Source: a virus (Duplodnaviria; Heunggongvirae; Uroviricota; Caudoviricetes). From it: a stretch of DNA of 29,466 bases. Position 1 is the first letter of the stretch. Each line of letters begins with the position of its first letter. Shown in pieces: positions 1 through 8,485 of this stretch. The notes under the pieces are model-generated. The model searched no databases. It saw nothing but the letters and a program-made list of their open reading frames with translations, and was not told where the DNA came from. The stretch is taken from positions 1 to 29,466 of the IMG/VR virus record IMGVR_UViG_2565956720_000007. One strand, 5' to 3'. Position numbers and translations under genes: made by a program.

Positions 1-67
1 TCAAAATCGGTGGAGCTGCATGACAAAGTCATCGGGCATTATCTGAACATAAAACACTATCAATAAG

Positions 68-1048
68 TTGGAGTCATTACCGAACCGCAGTTTGCTCAAT
101 GACTTTAATAAATTAAAGAATCATTCCTTTGACAAAAATTGTATTTATAAATCGGTTTATAGACCGTTTAACAAATCAAATCTATATTTTAGCAGGGCGT
201 TAAACGATATGGTTTATCAAATGCCTCAGCTATTTCCAACAGCCGATTCTGATAACTTGGTTATTTATATTAACGGTAGTGGCAATGGTGGGAAACCGTT
301 CTCTGCATTAATAGTTAATGCAATTCCAGATTTGAATATGCAGCACTCAGGTGGGCAGGGGTTTCCTTTATATTATTATGAGAAATCTTCGAGTGATGAA
401 GTAGTTAAAGAATACAAAAGGAAAGAAGCAATTTCTGACGCAGGATTGTTTTATTTCAAAGACTTTTACTCAACTGAAAGCATAAGCAAAGAAGATGTTT
501 TCAATTATGTATACGGATTGCTTCATTCTGAAGATTATCGTGGACGTTATGCTGATAACCTTTCTAAGGAGTTACCGCGTATACCTTGTGTCAAAAAATA
601 TGACGACTTCGTGATTTTTTCTCAAGCTGGACGAGATTTAGCCTTTTGGCATTTGAATTTTGAAGAAGTCGAGCCATACAAAGCAACTATTGATTCTGGC
701 AACTTAAATTATTCTCAATTACCGAAAGAGGATTTTTATGTAGAGAAGATGAAGTTTGCTAAAAAGGCTGACAAAAGTACAGTCATCTATAAAAACAAAA
801 TACGGATAAAAAATATCCCATCTGAAGCCTATGATTACGTAGTAAATGGTAAACCTGCACTTGAATGGGTAATGGAACGACAGGGTGTTTTAACCCATAA
901 AGATAGCGGTATTGTTAATGATGCCAATGACTGGGCTATGGAAGCTATGGGAAATGCGAAATACCCATTGGAACTATTTCTAAGAGTTATCACTGTAAGC
1001 CTGGAAACTCAGAAGATAGTAAAAGGATTACCTAAACTCGATATATAA
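68..1048 (+). CDS. C-terminal domain fragment of a type ISP-like restriction-modification helicase/methylase family protein (possibly disrupted gene)
   Basis: 326-aa ORF from a TTG codon. Motif YVYGLLHSEDYRGRYADNLSKELPRIPCV matches my recollection of the conserved C-terminal target-recognition region of large helicase-methyltransferase (LlaGI/LlaBIII-like) proteins. Its frame is closed by stops at 44-46 and 50-52, while frame 1 is open from the window start to a TAA at 64-66, suggesting a frame break or truncated gene. Confidence 0.35.
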   Translation: MESLPNRSLLNDFNKLKNHSFDKNCIYKSVYRPFNKSNLYFSRALNDMVYQMPQLFPTADSDNLVIYINGSGNGGKPFSALIVNAIPDLNMQHSGGQGFPLYYYEKSSSDEVVKEYKRKEAISDAGLFYFKDFYSTESISKEDVFNYVYGLLHSEDYRGRYADNLSKELPRIPCVKKYDDFVIFSQAGRDLAFWHLNFEEVEPYKATIDSGNLNYSQLPKEDFYVEKMKFAKKADKSTVIYKNKIRIKNIPSEAYDYVVNGKPALEWVMERQGVLTHKDSGIVNDANDWAMEAMGNAKYPLELFLRVITVSLETQKIVKGLPKLDI

Positions 1049-1607
1049 GTAGATCAAGAACAGGATGGTGTTAATCACCATCCTGTACACAGGCTATAAT
1101 AATATTATTATTTATTAAGTTTTTCCGACTTTCATTAAAGGAAAATGTCTTTATATTAAAATTGGTTTGAGATTTATAAATCTCTTAGATTATTTTATGA
1201 TTTTTTTCTATGTATTTTTTGAAGAGAAAATGAGTGATATTACTCTCTCTCAATAACTTTTATTGAAGGGTTTAATTATAGAGGTAACGTTCTTTAAGCG
1301 ATTTTACACAGTCTTCCAGAGTAGTGAGTCAGTAGATAATTCCTATCTGTAAAAAAATAATACGGAACTAATATCTGTGAGTTTGTTATCTGTAAAATGA
1401 AATTTTTTACGTTGCTTCGTTCTTACCACGTAACGGACAGTGAGCAGGAACATTAGGTTCACTTAAGCGATACATAGCCACATGACTTCCTTTTCTAACC
1501 GAAGGGAAGAAAAGCAAGGGGAACTCAAAGAAGCAAGCGCAGCGGCTTCGCAGAGTTAGCCCTTGCTTCTCTTATAATTGGCATTATTCATTCAAGAACA
1601 ATAGGAT

Positions 1608-1627
1608 CTTCGCTTGTACAAGCGAAG
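1608..1627. repeat. Perfect 20-bp palindrome cttcgcttgtacaagcgaag in AT-rich non-coding region
   Basis: Read directly: cttcgcttgt is the exact reverse complement of acaagcgaag. Related half-site-like motifs (gaagcaagcg, aagcaaggg/cccttgctt) recur at 1512-1568. Confidence 0.7.
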
Positions 1628-2282
1628 CTATAATAAAAACAATCAATTAATTATTTTTAAAGTATTAAACAAGAACCTATTGACATTCATAAAATACAAG
1701 TTATTTATAATGTATGCCATAAATAAAAAGTTTTATGTCATATGTATCCTGCACTATGTGCAGTTAATGTACCACTTGTCCCATAGATGGGAATATTGGA
1801 AAGGTTACTTTGTTTTGAAGTAGCCTTTCGTCCTTCAATATTAACGATTACTTATTGCTATTACCAAGTCCAGTCGAATCGAAGAACATCTTTTATCTGA
1901 AACGACTCCTAATACCCGGTTAAAGCCACAATATCTCTCGCATACGTAGACCAAAGAAAAATTATGATATTAAATATGTGATTTTTTTTAGTGTTAAGTT
2001 GAATAATTAAATACTGGAGAGTTTTCTGTGCACTACCAATTGCTGGTTCATCTGTTCTGCCGCTGATGTTTCTGACGAATCTCCCGGTGACACAGAACTG
2101 TCCCTCTCTACCAGCCTTTATTCGACTCAATGTCCGGCTGCTGATACGAAGTTATCCCTTCGTATCAATGGCTTACACTTAAACGTAATGCTTTGGTTGC
2201 TGGCGTATCTGACAGCTTCTTCGGCGTGAAGGTCGTTGTGTAAGTATACTTCTTGGTTTATTTAGGCTATATAAAACCATGA

Positions 2283-3179
2283 CTATGACTTGCTGTTTTC
2301 AGTAAGAGTCTTATCATCCAAAGAATTTATTCTAGAAATTCTTTTTAACTCATTAAGATAATCAACCTCGTTTTCTAAGAACCAATGAAGAACTTTAGAA
2401 TTGCCAAGTAATTTATTAATATATGACTGGATTATAACGAATTTCAACATATCTGAACCATACTCGGTTTGAAGCTTTTTCGTTTCTTCCGAAGTTGTTG
2501 CCATTTCTTGTTCCAGACGAAGTATGGTTTTTTTTATGTCCTTTTTATAGGGAGTGTTTTTCCCTTTATTTACTATCATCGATGCCGGTGTTGCATCCAA
2601 GATGCTCATTGCAAATTTTTTACTATAATTATCAAAATTAATCATTGTACCGACTGCTTCAATTTGGCGAATTGGCTTCATTTTCCTCAAAACGTCAAAT
2701 GTAGCCTTAGGTATAGGTTTATCAGAAAGTTTCGCAATTACACTTGAATCTATGCCGTTCATCACATTCGCTTTATCTTTTATGGCATCAACAGATATGC
2801 CCAAAGCAGCACTAAGTTTTTCAATTGATACTTTTGCCAGAGACTTAATTATCATTCTATGTTCTTCAACTACATTTATATGATTCACTTGTTTGTTAGG
2901 AGTGAAAGCATCATCTATGCTCGAAAGTATACATGGAGCTTTTTCTATACCTAAGTCTTTTAAAGCCTCAACCCTTAAATGGCCATCAAGTATCTTAGTG
3001 ACATCTTTATCTTTGTCATAGAATACTATTATTGGTTCAATAATACCTAAGCTTTCGATAGAGGTAACTATATGATGATATTTATGGCTTCGCTTTACGT
3101 TTTCTAATAATTCCTTAGATGGAATTAACTTATTAGTTTCCAGGTAAATAAAATTATCGCCAAAACGTATCTGAATCAT
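2283..3179 (-). CDS. ParB/Srx-superfamily (ParB-like, KorB/RepB-like) protein, paralog 2
   Basis: 298-aa ORF; N-terminal region ILDGHLRVEALKDLG resembles the ParB-box arginine-containing motif; start overlaps stop of upstream ParB-like gene (3176-3179). AT-rich. Confidence 0.6.
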   Translation of the reverse strand: MIQIRFGDNFIYLETNKLIPSKELLENVKRSHKYHHIVTSIESLGIIEPIIVFYDKDKDVTKILDGHLRVEALKDLGIEKAPCILSSIDDAFTPNKQVNHINVVEEHRMIIKSLAKVSIEKLSAALGISVDAIKDKANVMNGIDSSVIAKLSDKPIPKATFDVLRKMKPIRQIEAVGTMINFDNYSKKFAMSILDATPASMIVNKGKNTPYKKDIKKTILRLEQEMATTSEETKKLQTEYGSDMLKFVIIQSYINKLLGNSKVLHWFLENEVDYLNELKRISRINSLDDKTLTENSKS

Positions 3180-4072
3180 TTTAATACCTCTTTGTTTACT
3201 GGGGTTAATATCTGAGATGGTAGTTCTGAAAGATTCTCTTGTTCAAGTATATGTTGAAAGCTTTTATTCATCATTATGATGTTAAAAATCTCATTTACTA
3301 TTAGTAGGTTGGTTTTTATGAATTTTGAGTTGTTATAAACAGATTTATGTTCAGCGATACTATTTTCATAAAGCTCAATCAACTCCTCTGCAGTCATCCT
3401 TTTTGATGGTTTGTGATAATAAAATCCGGCTGCTTTTGCACCTTTATTCCCAACTGTTCTTTGATTTAGAATGTGTTTTATCTTTATAATGTCCCGACTT
3501 TTTATTAATTTTTTATCATATGCTTCGGTAAGAATATCTTGTGCTTCCTCAGTTTCACATCTTGCAAATTGCACTGCGAGATACAGAGGCAAATTACCCC
3601 GTTCGACTGCTGAGAGAAGTTTATGCTCTCCCTTATCAAGTAGCATATTAATACTGCTCACCCAGTTCGATGAATATCCAGTAATCTCACTTATTTCGGA
3701 GTCTGAAAGTCCTCTGATTTTCATGTCTTTAATCACCTGTAATAACTCATTAGAACGTGGTCTTCTCCTTGCAATGTTTTCAACTAAACTCATAACGTAA
3801 GCATCTTCTTCTGATACATCTCTTATAATTGCTGGAATAATAGTTTCACCTAATGCAACGAGAGCCTCTATTCTCCCTTGACCACAAATTAAAGCATATT
3901 TGAAATCGCCTTCATCAATAGCTCTTACGCTTATAGGCTTGCTTAATCCTCTTTTTTTTATGCTTTCCTTTATTTCTTCATGCACTACCTTATTTCTTGT
4001 TCGTGGGTTAAGAAATTTTATTTTTGCAATCTCAATTTGAATTATTGGGAATTCATTTTTTTCAGGCAGCAT
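3176..4072 (-). CDS. ParB/Srx-superfamily (ParB-like) protein with HTH, paralog 1
   Basis: 298-aa ORF; ParB N-terminal motifs GQGRIEALVALG and SLVENIARRRPRSNELLQ followed by a helix-turn-helix-like segment; 11-nt overlap with recombinase gene stop, so translationally coupled operon. Confidence 0.65.
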   Translation of the reverse strand: MLPEKNEFPIIQIEIAKIKFLNPRTRNKVVHEEIKESIKKRGLSKPISVRAIDEGDFKYALICGQGRIEALVALGETIIPAIIRDVSEEDAYVMSLVENIARRRPRSNELLQVIKDMKIRGLSDSEISEITGYSSNWVSSINMLLDKGEHKLLSAVERGNLPLYLAVQFARCETEEAQDILTEAYDKKLIKSRDIIKIKHILNQRTVGNKGAKAAGFYYHKPSKRMTAEELIELYENSIAEHKSVYNNSKFIKTNLLIVNEIFNIIMMNKSFQHILEQENLSELPSQILTPVNKEVLK

Positions 4073-5618
4073 ATAGTTCCCTCACTTTCATGCGAGTAAT
4101 AATTTGTAGAAGTTTATCAAGATTATCAAATCTATAGAGATCTAATCGAATGTTGTTTGTTTCCGTCATGCACATTTTATTATATTCGTTTTCAATCTTT
4201 GGTATGATATAAAAATCAAGAGGTGAAATATTTTGTGAATTCATTCGTATAACAATTGTTATGTCTGCTTTCTGTGAGTTATCAAACCGGACTTTCCATC
4301 TAAGTTTACCTGATTTCATATGTATGCATTTAGTAACAAGGACGGAAATTAAAAACTCATCATTGATGTAAAGCATTGGGGCATATTTATACTCGTCTAT
4401 ATGACAGTTGCTTTTTAAAATTTCACCCTTAAAATCCTCAATTATCTCTGAGTAAAATGATCTTAGTGCTTCATTTATTTTGAGATAGCTGTAATCATGT
4501 TCTGGCTTATAACCAATCAAAGTATATGCTCTTAAAAGACCACCAAATCGGGTTCTATAAACAGAAGATGAAGGGCCTGTATCATCTTCATCAATGATAA
4601 AGCCTGATAGTTTTCCATTAGATTCTAATTTTTGTTTTAGTTTTTCTAATAGATCTTCATTAGTCAAATGAATGGATCGGAGCTGAATTATTTCTTGAGC
4701 TTTATTGTATTTTTTCTTTGAAATAATAGGTTTATATGCCTTGTCACATCTAACCCATTCATGTTTGGGGTTTTTTACAAGCCTACTTTTTAATTTAGAT
4801 GAGGTTTTGTTATATATGTTGTTTCCAATATATTTTTCATTTGTCAAAATTTGATGTATTTTTGCACGAGTCCATAATGTACCATTTTCTGCAGGTATGT
4901 TCTGTTCATTTAATCTCTCAGCAATAATGAATTCTGGGACGTTATTATCTATAAAGAGATCATATATTCTATTTACAATTTTTATTTCATTTTTTGGTCC
5001 CGGAATTAATATTACCCTATCTGTTTGAATACTCTTTCTTTTGCGGAAACTCAATATTTCTTTAGCTATGCCATTTTCGTCTACTAAAAGACGTCTCAGC
5101 CCATAACCAGCCATACCGCCTTGATGATAACCAAGCTTTATTAAATTTACTTGCCCTATAAATACCTTTTCAGATAGATTCCTGCTGTGATATGCAGCAC
5201 TAGATCTTTTTATATTCAGTATAACAGAGGACTCTAAAGGGAAATCTTTAGTGGGTATAGGTTCGGAACAATATATAAGATCTACACCATTTCTCTCAAA
5301 TAGAAAGGAATAATATGCCGCTTCATCACTATTTTGAAAACGACCAAAACGGCTCACATCATAAAATAATACAGCCTGTATATCTATTTTCTTTTGTTCT
5401 ACATCGCTAAGTAACTGCTGCAAAGAATGCCTGCCTACGATACTGACTCCGCTCTTACCTGAATCATCGTAGGTATAAGCGATTTCCATATTGTTCTTTT
5501 CAGCATAATCTTTGATATATTCGGACTGATTATGTAAAGAATATTGCTGATGGTCGGTAGACATCCTCAAGTACTGCGCGACCCTAACTCTATGATTTTT
5601 GTCATTTTCGCTAGCCAT
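4062..5618 (-). CDS. Large serine recombinase (resolvase/invertase catalytic domain plus recombinase domain)
   Basis: 518-aa ORF; N-terminal catalytic motif VAQYLRMSTDHQQYSLHNQ (Y-x-R-x-S...Q of serine recombinases); recombinase-domain-like middle region; first gene of a three-gene minus-strand operon. Confidence 0.8.
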   Translation of the reverse strand: MASENDKNHRVRVAQYLRMSTDHQQYSLHNQSEYIKDYAEKNNMEIAYTYDDSGKSGVSIVGRHSLQQLLSDVEQKKIDIQAVLFYDVSRFGRFQNSDEAAYYSFLFERNGVDLIYCSEPIPTKDFPLESSVILNIKRSSAAYHSRNLSEKVFIGQVNLIKLGYHQGGMAGYGLRRLLVDENGIAKEILSFRKRKSIQTDRVILIPGPKNEIKIVNRIYDLFIDNNVPEFIIAERLNEQNIPAENGTLWTRAKIHQILTNEKYIGNNIYNKTSSKLKSRLVKNPKHEWVRCDKAYKPIISKKKYNKAQEIIQLRSIHLTNEDLLEKLKQKLESNGKLSGFIIDEDDTGPSSSVYRTRFGGLLRAYTLIGYKPEHDYSYLKINEALRSFYSEIIEDFKGEILKSNCHIDEYKYAPMLYINDEFLISVLVTKCIHMKSGKLRWKVRFDNSQKADITIVIRMNSQNISPLDFYIIPKIENEYNKMCMTETNNIRLDLYRFDNLDKLLQIITRMKVRELYAA

Positions 5619-5788
5619 GCACGAAACCTCATGGATGATTCAATACAATGTAGTGGATAAAATTGATCAAATTTTAACCGAATTCAACTGTTTTATCATT
5701 GATTAGAGCGAATTTGGTAGATCTTCGAGGTGTATGATAATCGAGAAGAGATGTGAATTATTTAGCTGATATGACCGACAGCTTTCGT

Positions 5789-5838
5789 TATGTGGACTCA
5801 ATGTCCCCATTTGTAAATGGCTATGCTTAGTCCACATA
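5789..5838. repeat. Composite palindrome (outer 10-bp arms tatgtggact/agtccacata and inner 14-bp palindrome ccatttgtaaatgg sharing one centre) in the region upstream of the recombinase operon
   Basis: Read directly from sequence; both dyads are centred between 5813 and 5814; located between the integrase stop (5901) and the recombinase start (5618). Confidence 0.6.
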
Positions 5839-5900
5839 GGTTAATGGTGTGATTATTAATTCTTTAACTAAATCAAGATAGTTAATCCATCATGGGAGAG

Positions 5901-7130
5901 TTATGCGGCAATAACTTTGCATTTTTGAGACGAAACATAGTCACTCCACCATTGCATGAGAACCACCCGTTCAGTGAGATACTCTGCACGATTGTAGGCT
6001 GCAATTATTTCATCTTTCTTCGAGTGGGCAAGGGCGGCTTCTAAGACATCAGTCCTAAACTTGCCAGACTCCTCAGCAGCCGTTCTAGCAATGGATCGCA
6101 TACCGTGAGCTACAAGCTCACCTCCGAAACCCATACGGATTATGGCCGCATTAGCTGTTTGTTCATGCATGTGATTGAGTGGAGCTTTGATACTGGGGAA
6201 CACCCACTCTCTATGCCCGCTGATGACTTTCATTAAATCCAAAACTCGCAAAGCTTCTTTGCTCAGTGGAACTTTGTGAGGCTTCTTCATTTTCATAAAC
6301 TCCGCCGGGATGTTCCACATGCCAGTTTCAATATCAATATCTGACCATCTTGTGCGAACAGCTTCACCTGGGCGAACCCATGTGAGAAGTTGCCACTCAA
6401 TCAGTAGCCTTGTTTCCAAACGGATAGAAGCATTGTTTAGAGCAACCAAGAAGCGAGGGAGTTCGGAAGGGGGTAATGCTGGCATATTCTGTTTTTTTGG
6501 CTTGCTGAACCGTTGCCCCAGGTTGTCTGCCGGGTTGAATTCTATGAGTTCTTCTGTTGCTGCATAGCGGAAAATTTCATTCAGGCGGGATATGATGCGG
6601 CGAAGTGTTTCAAGGACACCTCGTTTTTCTATGGGTTCTAAATGCTGTTTAAGCATTTTAGGGCGAATCTCCTTAATTGGGGTATCACCCAATGTGGAAA
6701 AGATATTTCTCTCTAGGCTTCGCCAGATGTCGTTAGCATGATCTTGGGAGATGCCTGACGTTTTGACTTTCTCATCAAGCCACTTCTTGGCTACTGCTTG
6801 AAATGTATGTTCCGTGGCATCTTTCAGTGCATTGGCTTTTTGGTTGTTATGAACTTGGGGGTCTATACCATTTGTAAGCAACGACAAGTATTCATCACGT
6901 AAAGCTCGTGCCTTCGCAAGTGTAAGGTGAGGATAGGTTCCTAAGCTCACCTTAGTTCGCTTTTTGGTCACAGGCACTGCATATCTGAAATACCAATTTT
7001 TCTTCCCTCCCTTCGCCAGGGGAGCGATTCGCAACAGCAAACCATCGCCGTCAAAAAGGTTAACCTCTTTTTCGGCAGGTTTGGTGCTTTTGATTTCAGT
7101 GTCAGTGAGCTTCTTAGCGATTTTGGCCAT
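5901..7130 (-). CDS. P4-family tyrosine integrase (CP4-57 IntA-like)
   Basis: Start placed at internal ATG 7128-7130 giving the typical N-terminus MAKIAKKLTDTEIKSTKPAEKEVNLFDGDGLLLRI (arm-binding domain of P4-type integrases); C-terminal catalytic region with conserved R..HxxR..Y context. The longer ORF to 7211 is probably N-terminal overextension. Confidence 0.85.
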   Translation of the reverse strand: MAKIAKKLTDTEIKSTKPAEKEVNLFDGDGLLLRIAPLAKGGKKNWYFRYAVPVTKKRTKVSLGTYPHLTLAKARALRDEYLSLLTNGIDPQVHNNQKANALKDATEHTFQAVAKKWLDEKVKTSGISQDHANDIWRSLERNIFSTLGDTPIKEIRPKMLKQHLEPIEKRGVLETLRRIISRLNEIFRYAATEELIEFNPADNLGQRFSKPKKQNMPALPPSELPRFLVALNNASIRLETRLLIEWQLLTWVRPGEAVRTRWSDIDIETGMWNIPAEFMKMKKPHKVPLSKEALRVLDLMKVISGHREWVFPSIKAPLNHMHEQTANAAIIRMGFGGELVAHGMRSIARTAAEESGKFRTDVLEAALAHSKKDEIIAAYNRAEYLTERVVLMQWWSDYVSSQKCKVIAA

Positions 7131-7228
7131 GTTTGGGACCCTCGATTTTAGGACCCATCTTCGTGGGTCCCATTCAGGGTGCCATAACTCGTAGTTCTCA
7201 GCAATTCTCACTAGACTACAATAGACGT

Positions 7229-7260
7229 AAAAAAGCCCGCAGAGCTTGTGCTGTGCGGGC
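7229..7260 (-). terminator. Rho-independent terminator downstream of the ssrA 3' fragment (minus strand)
   Basis: Hairpin gcccgcagagc-ttgt-gctgtgcgggc (one mismatch) followed on the minus strand by a run of six T (plus-strand aaaaaa at 7229-7234). Confidence 0.6.
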
Positions 7261-7296
7261 TTAGTAGACTTTACTGAACTTCAGTACATCAATATT

Positions 7297-7341
7297 TGGT
7301 GGAGCTGGCGGGAGTTGAACCCGCGTCCGAAATTCCTACAT
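7297..7341 (-). other. ssrA: 45-nt copy of the 3' end of tmRNA gene ssrA (attachment-site core; not a complete ssrA)
   Basis: Minus-strand sequence ATGTAGGAATTTCGGACGCGGGTTCAACTCCCGCCAGCTCCACCA matches the recalled E. coli ssrA 3' terminus exactly; similarity stops abruptly at 7342, so only the att core is present. Confidence 0.8.
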
Positions 7342-7458
7342 ACCATTTTTACACTAACGAAATCATATTTTTTCATTCTAAATCATGATGTTAGTGTTAA
7401 TCTGTGTTTGCTTGTTTTACTTGTTTTTAGTGCTCTGCCGCCAAAGTGCCGCCATTTA

Positions 7459-8484
7459 TTAGCGATGCCAGTTGAGGTTATGAAGTGGATTTTTGGTAAC
7501 GGCATCTTCCAGATGATCCGGTGCAAAATGGGCATAAATCATGGTCATTTTAATATCAGCGTGCCCTAAAATATCCCTCAATACTAAAATGTTTCCGCCG
7601 TTCATCATAAAGTGGCTGGCGAAAGTGTGGCGCAGAACGTGGGTACATTGACCTTCAGGTAGTTCAATTCCAGCTCGTTTTACCGCACGCTCAAAAGCCT
7701 TTCGGCATGGTGTGAATAACTTTCCTCTGTTTTTGGGTAATTCTTCATACAGTTCCTGAGAAATAGGAACAGTTCGGTTTTTCTTTCCTTTTGTTTTGGT
7801 ATAGGTAATTCGATACTTTGATATCTGGTTACCTTGCAGGTTTTCGGCTTCGCTCCATCTTGCCCCGGTTGCCAGACAAATCTTGGCAATCATTAGCAGA
7901 CTGGGACTTTGAGATTCAGCACAAGCGTCAAGCAGGCGTTTGATTTCATCAGCAGCAAGGAACGCCAGTTCACCCTCTGCAATTTTGAAAGTTGGCAGAC
8001 CGGCGAGAGGGTTGGGTGCAGACCAATGTCCCAGCTTTTTCAGTGTGCCAAAAACTGAGGATAGGTTACGTTGTTCAAGGTTCACCGTTCTGGGCTTAAC
8101 TGGTGACATGAGCACACCATCTTCGTTTTTGACCTCACCTTTTAATCTGGCTTCCCGGTATTTTGTGAAATCACCTGCTGTCAATTCAGAAGCGATGGGA
8201 TCGCCAAGCCCATTACAAATGATTTTTAACTTAGCCATTAATCGCTTAGGGTCAGCGAGTGTCTGACCGTACAGGGAATACCATTGCTCAATCACTTCTG
8301 ACAGTTGTCTCCGATCTTCCTTTTCTCCCAGCCAAGGTTTCTTGTTTACCTCGTCCATGGTGAAATTCTCAAACGCAATGGCTTCGCCTTTCGTCGCAAA
8401 TTGTTTGCGTACGCGTTTGCCATCTCGCCCGTTTGGGTAGCATTCACATAACCACTTTCCGTTCGGCTGTTTTCTGATGGTCAT
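7459..8484 (-). CDS. int: P2/186-type phage tyrosine integrase
   Basis: 341 aa; strong similarity to recalled P2 Int, e.g. ATGARWSEAENL and HVLRHTFASHFMMNGGNILVLRDILGHADIKMTMIYAHFAP catalytic region. Confidence 0.9.
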   Translation of the reverse strand: MTIRKQPNGKWLCECYPNGRDGKRVRKQFATKGEAIAFENFTMDEVNKKPWLGEKEDRRQLSEVIEQWYSLYGQTLADPKRLMAKLKIICNGLGDPIASELTAGDFTKYREARLKGEVKNEDGVLMSPVKPRTVNLEQRNLSSVFGTLKKLGHWSAPNPLAGLPTFKIAEGELAFLAADEIKRLLDACAESQSPSLLMIAKICLATGARWSEAENLQGNQISKYRITYTKTKGKKNRTVPISQELYEELPKNRGKLFTPCRKAFERAVKRAGIELPEGQCTHVLRHTFASHFMMNGGNILVLRDILGHADIKMTMIYAHFAPDHLEDAVTKNPLHNLNWHR

Positions 8485-8485
8485 A

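Larger units (their letters stand above)
1..7296. mobile_element. Partial genomic island (continues left of window): AT-rich cargo ending in a P4-family integrase next to an ssrA 3' fragment
   Basis: P4-type integrase at 5901-7130 sits immediately downstream, same strand, of a 45-nt ssrA 3' end copy (7297-7341), the arrangement known for ssrA-associated islands such as CP4-57. Cargo genes are visibly AT-rich relative to the prophage to the right. No left boundary is in the window. Confidence 0.6.

Noticed and set aside
1614-1823. 69-aa ORF in AT-rich spacer
   Set aside because: Low-complexity, AT-driven ORF starting inside the 20-bp palindrome, no RBS and no recognisable motif; likely non-coding.
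1909-2130. 73-aa minus-strand ORF
   Set aside because: No RBS or conserved features; lies in non-coding region downstream of the ParB-like operon.
5901-7211. Longer 436-aa form of the P4-type integrase
   Set aside because: The extra 27 N-terminal residues precede the canonical MAK...LTDTEIK start and lack an RBS; the internal ATG at 7128-7130 gives the family-typical N-terminus.
7297-7341. Possible complete tmRNA (ssrA) gene
   Set aside because: Only the last 45 nt match ssrA; sequence beyond 7342 does not match the body of ssrA, so this is an att core copy, not a functional tmRNA gene.
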